A stretch of DNA of 64,000 nucleotides from a virus: IMG/VR virus record IMGVR_UViG_3300046777_002520, positions 96,001-160,000 of that record. The stretch is one strand, 5' to 3'. Both the position numbers and the translations under genes were made by a program. Below, piece by piece: positions 1 through 9,220 of this stretch (position 1 is its first letter; the number at the start of each line of letters is the position of its first letter). Below the pieces are notes generated by a model. The model saw only the letters and a program-made list of their open reading frames with translations. It had not been told where the DNA came from and made no database searches.

Positions 1-116
1 ATCCCTTCTTGTGGACCGTGATCTTTTGGTTCTACAGGGAGGACCTGAAGTGGCTGTTTAGAGGAGATGGTAAGGGGTGCAAAGCCAGCACCCCTAACCA
101 CAACTGCTGGAACTAA
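1..116 (+). CDS. 3' end of an upstream ORF (partial, hydrophobic segment)
   Basis: Frame from nt 3 is open to TAA 114-116 (PFLWTVIFWFYREDLKWLFRG...CWN*). The stop overlaps the AAGGAG SD of the next gene. Confidence 0.35.
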   Translation, partial: PFLWTVIFWFYREDLKWLFRGDGKGCKASTPNHNCWN

Positions 117-125
117 GGAGATGTC

Positions 126-416
126 ATGACCATTCTCGTATCTTTGTTCGAGGTTCCGCTCGGATCTTACGTGGCGACTGTCAAAGCTTTGCGGGAGGTC
201 CAATGGATGGACCTCAAAAAAGCAGCGGGCATGGTGCGTCCCGCAGTTCCTTTTGCAGAGAACAAATTCGAGACCACGGTCTCGAATTTCATTCTCAGCG
301 CTGAAAACTTCAGCAGCGCGTTGGGTTTTTTCTCCGAGCTTTGCAAGCTCGGCGTCCACTGCGAGGTGGACGGGGAAACCTTTAAGCTCGTTAACCGGTC
401 TACCGTGCCGGTGTAG
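126..416 (+). CDS. Small protein, weak resemblance to ribosomal bL12 C-terminal domain
   Basis: AAGGAG SD. VATVKALREVQWMDLKKAAGMV resembles the bL12 KVIKAVRE...GLKEAKDLV pattern; the function call is weak. Confidence 0.5.
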   Translation: MTILVSLFEVPLGSYVATVKALREVQWMDLKKAAGMVRPAVPFAENKFETTVSNFILSAENFSSALGFFSELCKLGVHCEVDGETFKLVNRSTVPV

Positions 417-439
417 GTGCCGTTTTTAGAAAGAGAGAT

Positions 440-934
440 ATGAACGTAGACGTCGTCCCGACGGAAGTGCTTCCGTATCTAACAAGCCTACTCAGACAGC
501 GTCCGCTTGTCAGAAAAGAGTGGGACACAGATGACTTTTACCAGGAACTGTCCCATAAGTACCTGGCAAAAGTTGCCTCTGGTCTGATAAGACATGTCGG
601 CAAGGGCCAACAAATGTCTTTGCTCAGGATGATGGCCTTCCGTATGTGCTCTGACAAGCTTAGGCGCATCAAGCGAGACATTCGGTGCGCTCACGACAAT
701 CTGAGGCTGAAAGTGAATGAAACTTCAAAACCGTTTATCGAACGGTTCCAAAGGCTGAAGGCGTTCCTGAAGCCGGTATATCAAGAGGTTCTTGAGCTAA
801 AGCTTGAGGGCTTCACTTGGGACGAGATTGCAGAAAAAATGCAGCCTCGCAAAACTTCAAATGGCTGGTTTAGAGGCTTTCAGCGAAATGTTAGAGCCTT
901 TGTTCTTAAAGAAAGGGCAACACATGGAGACTGA
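440..934 (+). CDS. ECF-like RNA polymerase sigma factor
   Basis: Region-2-like DDFYQELSHKYL...AFRMCSDKLRR and region-4 HTH LKPVYQEVLELKLEGFTWDEIAEKM; 164 aa fits ECF size. Confidence 0.65.
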   Translation: MNVDVVPTEVLPYLTSLLRQRPLVRKEWDTDDFYQELSHKYLAKVASGLIRHVGKGQQMSLLRMMAFRMCSDKLRRIKRDIRCAHDNLRLKVNETSKPFIERFQRLKAFLKPVYQEVLELKLEGFTWDEIAEKMQPRKTSNGWFRGFQRNVRAFVLKERATHGD

Positions 935-1124
935 CAACTCTTTGGGCGAGATCCAGGAAATGATGGAGAAGCTCCTCGCCGCCGTGGACCGAGGGCAGGC
1001 CGTGTGCATTCGGCCTTCTGGCTGGATGCAGATCGGCAAGGAGATCTGGAACCTGCCTTATGCCGCGCATAAGGCAGGGTTCAAGGTTCCAGAAGGACTG
1101 CTGGGTCAAGCTGTTCTTGGGTAA
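924..1124 (+). CDS. Hypothetical protein (66 aa)
   Basis: ATG at 924 after GAAAGG, overlapping the sigma stop. It is the 3' part of track ORF 804-1124. Confidence 0.55.
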   Translation: METDNSLGEIQEMMEKLLAAVDRGQAVCIRPSGWMQIGKEIWNLPYAAHKAGFKVPEGLLGQAVLG

Positions 1125-1143
1125 CAATTCAAAGGAGAAGACC

Positions 1144-1722
1144 ATGATTACCGCAACAGTCGAAAAAGCAAAGACGACGGTTAACTTCCCTTGGTTGAAC
1201 CACCCAAGCCAGTCAGACAACCCCATTGTGGTGGCGTTGTCCGACAGGCTGGCCTGGGCCAAGACCAAGGGAGACGAGCCTCTTTGGCCTAACGGGCCAA
1301 CGGCCCAAGCCTATGTCCAGGGGTTCGTCAGAACTTCTGGAATGGGTTCCCATGTCAAGATCGCAGATCGTGACATGACCAGCCTCAACCATGTGTTGTG
1401 GCTGTTTGAGAGCTTGGGTTGGGAGGAGATCACTCCAGACGAACCAGCACCTGGGCACAAATACTACCAAGCGGTGATCAGCGTTGGCAGTATCTTCTCT
1501 GGGTACCAGTCTGCCGTGACCCTTGACAGGGTCGCGGACTTCTCGACTGTGAGGGTCCGCAAAGGTCCTCACGGATTCGAGCTGTACACGCCCGATGCTG
1601 AAGGTCGGGCCTATACCAGAGTAGTGTCTGCCATCGTTGACAAAGATGGACTAGTCACCTGGTATCCAGGTGAGATAACCCCGAAGGTTGATCTAGCGAA
1701 AGCCACGGTCAAGCTGATCTAA
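1144..1722 (+). CDS. Hypothetical phage protein (192 aa)
   Basis: AAGGAGAAG SD before ATG 1144; followed directly by a terminator hairpin. Confidence 0.7.
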   Translation: MITATVEKAKTTVNFPWLNHPSQSDNPIVVALSDRLAWAKTKGDEPLWPNGPTAQAYVQGFVRTSGMGSHVKIADRDMTSLNHVLWLFESLGWEEITPDEPAPGHKYYQAVISVGSIFSGYQSAVTLDRVADFSTVRVRKGPHGFELYTPDAEGRAYTRVVSAIVDKDGLVTWYPGEITPKVDLAKATVKLI

Positions 1723-1730
1723 ACCCAAAT

Positions 1731-1777
1731 GGGGAGTGTAGCCTAAAAGCTACACTCCCCACCCTGGGTTTTCTTTT
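1731..1777. terminator. Intrinsic, probably bidirectional terminator
   Basis: 12-bp perfect stem GGGGAGTGTAGC/GCTACACTCCCC plus TTTTCTTTT, lying between convergent genes. Confidence 0.85.
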
Positions 1778-1791
1778 AGCTATCAGACGAA

Positions 1792-4700
1792 CTAGAACTC
1801 GCAGGCTCCACCCACACAGGCGTATGTCTGTGAACCCGTGGTCATGTCGTCGGACTCATACCGCACCAGCTTGGACCAATCGATCTCAGGCAGCGCAGCC
1901 AGTCTCTTTCGGTATTCTTCCTCGGTGATCTCCTCGTAGGGAGTACCAGTGTAAGTACCGTTATCGCGAGGCAGAAAGCTGACGCCACTAACCTCATCGA
2001 AATGCTTGTGGACCCAGAGACCAGCTTCAAACCACTCAGTCTCCTCCACATAAATTGTGGCAGACACTGAGTGCTCTGCGAAATGCTTCTTCCACACGAG
2101 CCAGTTGTCCAGCTGATCGATTGCCGTCTGATCATGGCGGGTCAAAGCTCCTTCTGGTGCCTTCCTTGGAAACTCGAAACAGACAAGCGACGGATCTTCA
2201 GGCGCAACCATCCACGGCACTCCCTGGTCCATGAGCATACGGGCAACAGGGCTGTCCTTGCGTTCACGCACACGTCGAATGAAGTACTTGCCGAACCAGG
2301 CGTGAATACCTGAACCGCAGTTGAAGAACTGCGAGCTGTCACCAGACGGTTTAACGCAGGTGTCGGCAGCGGCTCGGTTGATGCCTATCTTTTTCGCCCA
2401 CTCTTCATTCGTAGCTGCAACGACTGCCTTGAGATCTTCAAGGAGCTTCTCGCGGCCCTCGGCACCTGGACGGAGTAGAGGACAGTCCATCTGTCCTGTG
2501 ATGTCCACTCCGAGCAGTGCTTCCTCCTCACAGTTCTCGTGCCAAGTCGGGCGAATGTACTTAAAGTTCGTGCAGCTCGCCTGAAGAGTACCGAAAATAG
2601 TCGCAACACGGATCTTCTCCTTGAGGGTCTCGGGAGTGTCGTCAGGACGAGCGATGACAATCGTCAGATTGCAGAACTCATGGGGACGAAGAATGATCTC
2701 AGCGCAGTTGCCAGCAACGACACCGTTGGCGATGACATTGTGAGTCTCTGGCTGGTTCAGGCAGTACACATCAGAAATTCCTTCTTCCGCGACGCTTTTC
2801 ACAGTTGTGACGTAATCATCGTCGGAGGGCTCGATGTTGCCCATTTCCATCATGTTGTCCAGCATGGAGCCAGAAACACCGCCCATACCCACCACTTCCA
2901 TAAACCTGCCACACTGCCCCTGACTGATGGTCAGAGCGTAGCGCTCATGGTCGTTGTAGTTCTTCCGCTCGTCAATGACGGGCACGGAAGAGTCGGGCTT
3001 ACGCACGACCTTGCGCACACGGCTGACGACACCGAAGTTGGACAGCAGCATCTGGGTTTCCAGAAGCAGCCTGTGACTGGTGCTCTCCAGCACGAGGTTT
3101 ACCTCGGAGCCAGAGCCGCTGGCACGCACCACGCGACCAGCTGAGCTGAACAGCCCAGCCAGGTATCCAGCCACCATGCCACGGCAGCCCTGCATCACGG
3201 ACTCAGGCACCAGGTACTTCAGGTCCACGACGCTGTCCACGCCAGCAAAGCTCTGGATCTTGCTGTTGTACAGCGAGCCAGACGCCTTGGCCGTCTTGGT
3301 GCTCTTGAACCGCAGCTTGGCCTTGATACCACCGCTGGTGGTGCGGCTGACAAGAGCCCTCTTGCAGTCAGCAGCCATCTGCTGGTTCTGATAGCCCTCC
3401 ATGAACTTGTCGGAGTCCAGGAGAACACGGTGGCCTTCGCGCACCACCTCGCCAGAGCCAGCAGCCACGCCGAGATTCAGACCCTCACCAAAGCTGCCGT
3501 ACTGCCCGAAGAAGCCCTCGTCGGACTGCAGCATCAGCTTCATGCCAGGCTTCAGGTCCTTAAGCTGCTTGCGTCCCTTGTCGGTGGGGAACTCATGGTT
3601 CTCGGTGCAGACGATCTCCTGCCCGTGAGCCGTGGTCAGCTTGTAGACCTTGGCGTTCTGCTGCGTCATCTCAACCTGAGTCGCCATGCGCAGGCTGACG
3701 CCCATGCTCTTCGACTTCAGCGTGTCGCGCCCGTCCACGGTTACCCTGTTGATGGGCTTACCAGCCGTGTACAGATCACCGATGCGCACCAGACCCTCGT
3801 CGGTGTGAATGCGCGTGTCAGGGTGGAAGCAGGGGTTGGTGCCGAACTTGGCCTTCTTTCGGCGCTTGGGCAGCATCTTCATGACGCCCTCGCGATTGAA
3901 GATGCCACGCTCGCCAGAACCGCTCTTGGCCAGGCTCAGCCACTCTTCCATGAAGACCGTGTCGCTGGGCTTGCTGTTGAACACGGCCGAGTTGTTGGCC
4001 ATCGAGCGATAGACATGGTTCTGCCACCACGGGCCGCTCTTGGCCTCACGCATCTCGTTGCTGTTGAGGTCGGACAGCGAGATAAGCGCTGCACGGCGCA
4101 CGCCACCCACCTGCACGATCTTGCCCACCATGCAGGCCAGGTCGTGGCAGTCCAGCTCGGTGAAGTACTTGCCCTGACGCTTGAGGATCAGGTCTCTGGC
4201 AAACTTCAGCAGGTCCTTGAGGGGCTCAGGCCCACAGGACCTGCCACCTTTGGTCTTGAGCTTGGCACCAGCAGGACGAATCTTGCTGAAGTCGAACTCG
4301 ACGTCCGAGCCGTCGAACCAGGTCTCCAGCCCCAGCTTTAGGGCGTCGCACCAGCCCTCGGTGGAGTCGTCGATGACGTGGGTTGGCAGCATCGTGCCTG
4401 TCTGCCTCTTGACGCGAGGCAGATGCTCGATGTTGTCGGCCTCGACGGAGAAGCCTGCGCCTGTGCCCTGCATGAGGATGTAGAGCAGCTCGACGAACGA
4501 GAACAGGTCCTTGATGGGCAGGTAGGAGCAGTTGAAGACACCGACGTTGCAGCGATCCAGGGGAGGCCCAGCCATCTGGATGACACGCATCGCGGGGCTG
4601 GCCTTCAGGTTGTAGAGGTACTGGTACAGCTCGTCCCACTGTTCCTTGGGCACGTTCTTGAGCCTGGGCTGCTTCTTGAACCAGCCCATCACACGCTCGC

Positions 4701-5190
4701 AGACCTCCTGCCAGGTCTCACGGCGCTTGGCGTTCTCGTTCCAGCGTGCAAACTTGGTGATCAGCTGGAAGTATTGGATAGGCTCGCCAAAGTGTTTGGC
4801 ATCAGCTGATATCATGTCCTTAATATTCTGGTCAATAGGCTCCAGCTCACGAGCCTTGCGTCGCTCTTCCTTATAGAGCGTGTAGTGCGTGGCAACGCGA
4901 TCCATGTTGTCGATCCAGAACTGCTGGATCACATACTTCTGAACATCGTCCACAGGAACTGGGTTTACGTTGGTCTTAACGATAAGACTGCAGACGGCCT
5001 TTGTGACCTTGTCCACATACTTCTCTGTTTCCTCGTCCTGAGGCCAGTCTCCACCATTGATCAAAGCTCGTCGAACAGCGCTCTGAATCTTGCTGACTTT
5101 GAAGTCTTCAGACCTGCCTCCACGCTTTAAAACCTTGAATTTGGATTCGAGTTTACCGATAATGTCCTTAGCGCGAGTATTCCCACTCAT
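1792..5190 (-). CDS. nrdJ: Class II (B12-dependent) ribonucleotide reductase with N-terminal ATP cone and intein
   Basis: ATP cone (KRGGRSEDFKVSKI), RRETWQEVCERV, SPAMR, NCSY, GTGAGFS, split active-site loop TNP|C...N|CAEI, TCVKPSG, C-terminal ACVGGAC; no nrdB in the window. Confidence 0.92.
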   Translation of the reverse strand: MSGNTRAKDIIGKLESKFKVLKRGGRSEDFKVSKIQSAVRRALINGGDWPQDEETEKYVDKVTKAVCSLIVKTNVNPVPVDDVQKYVIQQFWIDNMDRVATHYTLYKEERRKARELEPIDQNIKDMISADAKHFGEPIQYFQLITKFARWNENAKRRETWQEVCERVMGWFKKQPRLKNVPKEQWDELYQYLYNLKASPAMRVIQMAGPPLDRCNVGVFNCSYLPIKDLFSFVELLYILMQGTGAGFSVEADNIEHLPRVKRQTGTMLPTHVIDDSTEGWCDALKLGLETWFDGSDVEFDFSKIRPAGAKLKTKGGRSCGPEPLKDLLKFARDLILKRQGKYFTELDCHDLACMVGKIVQVGGVRRAALISLSDLNSNEMREAKSGPWWQNHVYRSMANNSAVFNSKPSDTVFMEEWLSLAKSGSGERGIFNREGVMKMLPKRRKKAKFGTNPCFHPDTRIHTDEGLVRIGDLYTAGKPINRVTVDGRDTLKSKSMGVSLRMATQVEMTQQNAKVYKLTTAHGQEIVCTENHEFPTDKGRKQLKDLKPGMKLMLQSDEGFFGQYGSFGEGLNLGVAAGSGEVVREGHRVLLDSDKFMEGYQNQQMAADCKRALVSRTTSGGIKAKLRFKSTKTAKASGSLYNSKIQSFAGVDSVVDLKYLVPESVMQGCRGMVAGYLAGLFSSAGRVVRASGSGSEVNLVLESTSHRLLLETQMLLSNFGVVSRVRKVVRKPDSSVPVIDERKNYNDHERYALTISQGQCGRFMEVVGMGGVSGSMLDNMMEMGNIEPSDDDYVTTVKSVAEEGISDVYCLNQPETHNVIANGVVAGNCAEIILRPHEFCNLTIVIARPDDTPETLKEKIRVATIFGTLQASCTNFKYIRPTWHENCEEEALLGVDITGQMDCPLLRPGAEGREKLLEDLKAVVAATNEEWAKKIGINRAAADTCVKPSGDSSQFFNCGSGIHAWFGKYFIRRVRERKDSPVARMLMDQGVPWMVAPEDPSLVCFEFPRKAPEGALTRHDQTAIDQLDNWLVWKKHFAEHSVSATIYVEETEWFEAGLWVHKHFDEVSGVSFLPRDNGTYTGTPYEEITEEEYRKRLAALPEIDWSKLVRYESDDMTTGSQTYACVGGACEF
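2707..3831 (-). mobile_element. Intein (375 aa) with degenerate LAGLIDADG endonuclease
   Basis: Begins CFHPDTRIHT (Cys454) and ends HNVIANGVVAGN, followed by the +1 Cys. Block B LTTAHGQEIVCTENHEF; LAGLIDADG-like YLAGLFSSAG. Confidence 0.92.
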
Positions 5191-5221
5191 CGAAGCTGTT
5201 CTCCGAACTATATGATGAAAA

Positions 5222-5243
5222 AAGTCGCACTGATGTGCGACTT
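5222..5243. promoter_or_regulatory. Inverted repeat in the divergent intergenic region nrdJ / head module
   Basis: AAGTCGCAC-tgat-GTGCGACTT, 9-bp perfect arms, no U-tract. Confidence 0.5.
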
Positions 5244-5305
5244 AAGCGATTGTAGAGAGATGGCCCAAACAGGGCAAATCCAAATACAAAATTTTTGGTG
5301 ACACA

Positions 5306-5662
5306 ATGGATAATCCTTTGAATATGGGAAGTGTCATCGAGAAAGTCGCTGAAAAGCACCCAGATTTACAAACACTTCTGCTGGCCAAAGAGCTGTCAGA
5401 CAAGAAGAAATACATTCAGAAGAATGAGCTGCTTCGGCATCTGCTGCATAAGGCCCCAAATGACTTCGCTGTCTCAGAGCCTGACAACGGTGGGATAGTG
5501 GGAATTTCCCACCTGCCCACCAACTTCAGAATCCACACGCTTACCAGAAACCTGCCAGAGTCGCTCAAGCAAGCCTGCGAAGAGTTGACTGAGAAGCATC
5601 TGCTGAAGGAAGCAGCTGCCACTCGCATCGCTTACTTGATGGAAACAGAAACATGGAACTGA
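5306..5662 (+). CDS. Hypothetical head-module protein (K-x-A motif)
   Basis: 118 aa ORF overlapping the next gene; LLKEAAA near the C-terminus. Confidence 0.75.
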   Translation: MDNPLNMGSVIEKVAEKHPDLQTLLLAKELSDKKKYIQKNELLRHLLHKAPNDFAVSEPDNGGIVGISHLPTNFRIHTLTRNLPESLKQACEELTEKHLLKEAAATRIAYLMETETWN

Positions 5663-6690
5663 CTTACGCCAACCTGCCACAGCGCGTCAAGGAAGCAGCC
5701 AAAGAGCTGCTTCCAACCTATCTGGGAATTCGCAAGCACATGGATGCTTACGACAGCCCTGTGTGGATCAACGCGGACAACATCAAGGCTGCCTACCACA
5801 CAGAGTTCCACAGCACGGCTGACAAGCTGCAGCAGCTGGGCTTACCTGTAGGCCAGAGAGACACACGCCTCCCTGAAGGGAACTGGGTGTTCGTCAAGAA
5901 GGCTGACCCTGTGCTGATGTCGGATGTGTTAGGCAAGATCCCCAAGATAATGAACCTGGCTCCTAACTCGTTCAATAAGCATCTGGGCGAGTTTGGAACC
6001 AGTCCTCTGTTCAGTATGCTTACAAGCGGTTTACTGGGTGGGGGTTTAGGGTATATGGGTGGAGCTCTGGCTGAGCAGTTGCTGCCAGAGCAGTACCTTG
6101 AGCGAGGAAAGCTCCGAAAGACGTTGGGAACGCTTGGGGCTCTGGCTGGCGCAGCAGGTCCAGCCTACCTTGGCACAATCGGACACAGAAACTGGGAAGA
6201 CCCCAATCGCAGCGCCTGGAACTCGTGGATAGAGCCCAACGTCCTCTTCGGGCAGCAGAAGAAGGCCATTGATCTGGGCTTAGCCAATATCCGTAAGGTC
6301 ATGGCAAGCAGCGAGGGCTTACTGAAGGAAGCCTTTGATGATGGCATCACTGCGGGTCCAGGAATGCTGCCTATCATGCCTCATATTCCTGTCGATGCGT
6401 TCAATCGCTCGATCATGGCTGATCCCTATGCGCCTTTACCCATACAGACAGCTGCTGTGGGAGTGATAGAGGCAGCGAATCAGGCAAAAGGAAATTCTGG
6501 CCTCATTTCCCCTTTCGACATCGCTCGCATAGGTGTAGGAATGGGTGCAGGTCTGTCTCAGGCCTATATCGGGGGCAAGGTACTAGGCGCTTTGGCAGGG
6601 CTTACGCCTCAGGCACAGCAGACATTGCAGCAGGCAGGTATGTTCGCTGGAGCACTCAAGGCAGTCGTGCCAGGTTTATTCGGAAGGTAG
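5653..6690 (+). CDS. Glycine-zipper protein, putative internal virion protein
   Basis: LTSGLLGGGLGYMGG...LGTLGALAGAAG hairpin, a second zipper at the C-terminus, and KEAA/KKAI/KEAF motifs. Confidence 0.75.
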   Translation: MELTYANLPQRVKEAAKELLPTYLGIRKHMDAYDSPVWINADNIKAAYHTEFHSTADKLQQLGLPVGQRDTRLPEGNWVFVKKADPVLMSDVLGKIPKIMNLAPNSFNKHLGEFGTSPLFSMLTSGLLGGGLGYMGGALAEQLLPEQYLERGKLRKTLGTLGALAGAAGPAYLGTIGHRNWEDPNRSAWNSWIEPNVLFGQQKKAIDLGLANIRKVMASSEGLLKEAFDDGITAGPGMLPIMPHIPVDAFNRSIMADPYAPLPIQTAAVGVIEAANQAKGNSGLISPFDIARIGVGMGAGLSQAYIGGKVLGALAGLTPQAQQTLQQAGMFAGALKAVVPGLFGR

Positions 6691-6696
6691 GCTCGA

Positions 6697-7986
6697 ATGT
6701 CTGTGTATGGGAACTACGACATGTGGTGGCGAGAAGACGGACGCGACGCTGACCCCAGAATAGACATCAGCTCGCAGCCACCTCATCAGGACATGAGGGC
6801 TCACAACACGTTAGACGCACGCCAAATAGAGATCGACAGAAGGCGCGAGTTGCTTACCAGAGCCTACATAGAGCTGTCCACGCCCAGACCTGGCACCAAC
6901 AGAGGTCCGTCAGCAGAACTCACGGAGGCTTACAGAGAGGCAATAGCCCAGCTGGGTCGATATGTCAGCATTGATGGGCTTACAAGGAACGAGACTGTGC
7001 AAAATCAATTTTACGCTGATAACTTTTTCGAACGTGACGGCTCGAATTTTTACTACGAGCTGGTGCTGTCAAACAGGACAATCAGCAATATACAGAAAGA
7101 TACTAACCTTACATATAATCAACTATCTTCCTATGCCAGAAGAAAGATAGAGAGAAAAATAGAAAGTCTTTATGCAGAAAACTCAGAATCAATTCTGACC
7201 AAGATCGAAGCCATGCGTCTGCTGCTCCTCATCATCGCGGACACACGCTCATTCTTTAACAGCACAGCTTATGACGAACCTCGCTATATAACTCCTAATT
7301 CCTGGATGTGCTACGTCTCGGGCCTAAGAGCACTTGCCTTCCTAGAGACTATCGCCCAGTTACTTGTAATAGCAAGAACCACCTATGCCAACGACATAGG
7401 TGTTTACCTAGATGAGGAGCTGGAGTTTTTGGCTTATGAACTAGAAGACGCCATGGAGATGGTAAAGCACAAGCTTTACCTCATGGAGGAAAACAATCTG
7501 GCCTTTAGACCCAATAGACTCGTTAACAGCAATCAGAGCGCCCCATTCCATTTCTTTGAGAGAGACACGCGACTGACGTGGATAGAGCAGAGGATAATGC
7601 CTCATCTTAACGCCAGTACGCTAAACGGAGCAAACCACTATGACACGTTCCCATCGTTTAGGACCCCAGTGACAGAGAGGGTTGAGGAGCGTGCTCCTCT
7701 TCCTGTGACGACATGGGAAGTGCTTACAGATGCTGAGAGCAGAGGAAGGGGATTGGGCTTACGGGTAAACGGTGTGACGCTTAGAGGGATTACTGGGTTT
7801 ACATTCGACTCAGAGCCAGGAGGAGTGACAAGGCTGTCTATACAAGCGCTTATCGTTCCTGGTCAAAGTACCCTTAGCTTTTCTAGCCAGTTATCTGATA
7901 CTATACAGACTACGGAGGGCAACGCTCTGCCAGTTGATACTGACAGAGTGCAGAGTGGACCTAATGAGCGGTTTATCGATCTATAA
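6697..7986 (+). CDS. Hypothetical protein (429 aa), lower GC than flanks
   Basis: Long ORF with AT-richer codon usage; no motif recognised. Confidence 0.7.
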   Translation: MSVYGNYDMWWREDGRDADPRIDISSQPPHQDMRAHNTLDARQIEIDRRRELLTRAYIELSTPRPGTNRGPSAELTEAYREAIAQLGRYVSIDGLTRNETVQNQFYADNFFERDGSNFYYELVLSNRTISNIQKDTNLTYNQLSSYARRKIERKIESLYAENSESILTKIEAMRLLLLIIADTRSFFNSTAYDEPRYITPNSWMCYVSGLRALAFLETIAQLLVIARTTYANDIGVYLDEELEFLAYELEDAMEMVKHKLYLMEENNLAFRPNRLVNSNQSAPFHFFERDTRLTWIEQRIMPHLNASTLNGANHYDTFPSFRTPVTERVEERAPLPVTTWEVLTDAESRGRGLGLRVNGVTLRGITGFTFDSEPGGVTRLSIQALIVPGQSTLSFSSQLSDTIQTTEGNALPVDTDRVQSGPNERFIDL

Positions 7987-7998
7987 GAAAGGAAGACC

Positions 7999-8361
7999 AT
8001 GAGTCAGGACATCGTTAAGAACAATGGCTTGTTTACTTTCCGTGATCTGAAGTATTGGGCTCAGGACGGAATGGTTTACATCGTCGATGAGAGAGATGGA
8101 GAGATAAAGCACGAAGCCCCGATGACCATGAGATATAGAGCGCTGTCCTTTGCGCGTGAGGCAGATAGCATGAAGGACAGTGGTGGACATTATGCTAGTG
8201 ACCGCAAGGAATTGCTTACAGCTGCTAGGAATCTGATGCAGGTTGTGCAGACCGCTGAGATGCAGGGCTGCCCCATGGACCCGCGAGTTCTGCAGCAGCA
8301 GGTGGAAGAAAGAAAGAGGGTTTACGTTTCTCTGTCAGGGTTGAACATACCCACGAGGTAA
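7999..8361 (+). CDS. Hypothetical protein (120 aa)
   Basis: AAGGAAG SD; tight packing with neighbours. Confidence 0.75.
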   Translation: MSQDIVKNNGLFTFRDLKYWAQDGMVYIVDERDGEIKHEAPMTMRYRALSFAREADSMKDSGGHYASDRKELLTAARNLMQVVQTAEMQGCPMDPRVLQQQVEERKRVYVSLSGLNIPTR

Positions 8362-8363
8362 TC

Positions 8364-8876
8364 ATGGATAAGCTCACAGCATTCAAGGTGGCGTTCCTCA
8401 GCCGATGTGCTGAAGAGGGTCTGGACATCGACCAGATTCACCAGCGTGTCAAGGAAGCCGTGGCCAGGGCCGAGAAGACTCTGGAGAAGAAAGCCATCAT
8501 CGGTCCCGTGCTGAGCGGTATCGGCTTCGGCACAGGCTTCGCCAATCCCGACATCATCGGCAAGACGCTGGGTGGTATCGCTGGTGGAATCACTGGCTTT
8601 GTCAACAGTCCCAAGAACGACATCAAGACCGACCTGCTCAGCGCAGGCACAGGAGCCACTTTCGGCTACAACGCCAAGAAGATCGCTCCGCTGCTGCTGG
8701 GGGGTGGCGCTCTGCTGGCTGGCGGCGGTCTGGCTGCTGGCAAGCTGCTGGCCGAATCAACGGATGATCCCATGGCCGCTGACGAGGTCAAGCAGCAGGA
8801 ACTGATCAACGAGTACAAGCGTTTGACTGACAAGGCCAAGAGGCAGGCTAGATTCCGTCAACTGAAAGGGATGTAA
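8364..8876 (+). CDS. Glycine-zipper protein with K-x-A leader
   Basis: LEKKAII followed by Gly-rich hydrophobic segments and a coiled-coil C-terminus. Confidence 0.8.
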   Translation: MDKLTAFKVAFLSRCAEEGLDIDQIHQRVKEAVARAEKTLEKKAIIGPVLSGIGFGTGFANPDIIGKTLGGIAGGITGFVNSPKNDIKTDLLSAGTGATFGYNAKKIAPLLLGGGALLAGGGLAAGKLLAESTDDPMAADEVKQQELINEYKRLTDKAKRQARFRQLKGM

Positions 8877-9217
8877 TGAATATCCTGAACCACTTCGGGG
8901 TAGGGGCCAAGTATCGGCAGGAATCAGGGACGACAATGCACGGCTTCCCTATCCATGGGAAGATCGCGCCAAATCTCACTCAGGAAGAGTACGAGAACCT
9001 GCCACTTGGCCTCAACGTTCAAGTGCGTGTGTTTGATCTGTCTAAGGCTGAAGACCTTCGCGAATATGCTACTGTTCGAGATCAGATAGCTAATCGCAAA
9101 TGTGTACAGTTAGATAGAACCAAACTTGTATCTGAAGATGGACGCAACATTCATATTCATTTAGAATGGGCAGATGTAGAGGGCTACGTGCCCAAGAGTA
9201 TGCAACGGAGAATGTGA
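8876..9217 (+). CDS. Hypothetical protein (113 aa)
   Basis: TAATG stop/start coupling with the upstream gene. Confidence 0.75.
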   Translation: MNILNHFGVGAKYRQESGTTMHGFPIHGKIAPNLTQEEYENLPLGLNVQVRVFDLSKAEDLREYATVRDQIANRKCVQLDRTKLVSEDGRNIHIHLEWADVEGYVPKSMQRRM

Positions 9218-9220
9218 CAC

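Noticed and set aside
73-95. Hairpin AGGGGTGC/GCACCCCT as a terminator
   Set aside because: It lies inside the apparent upstream ORF and has no U-tract.
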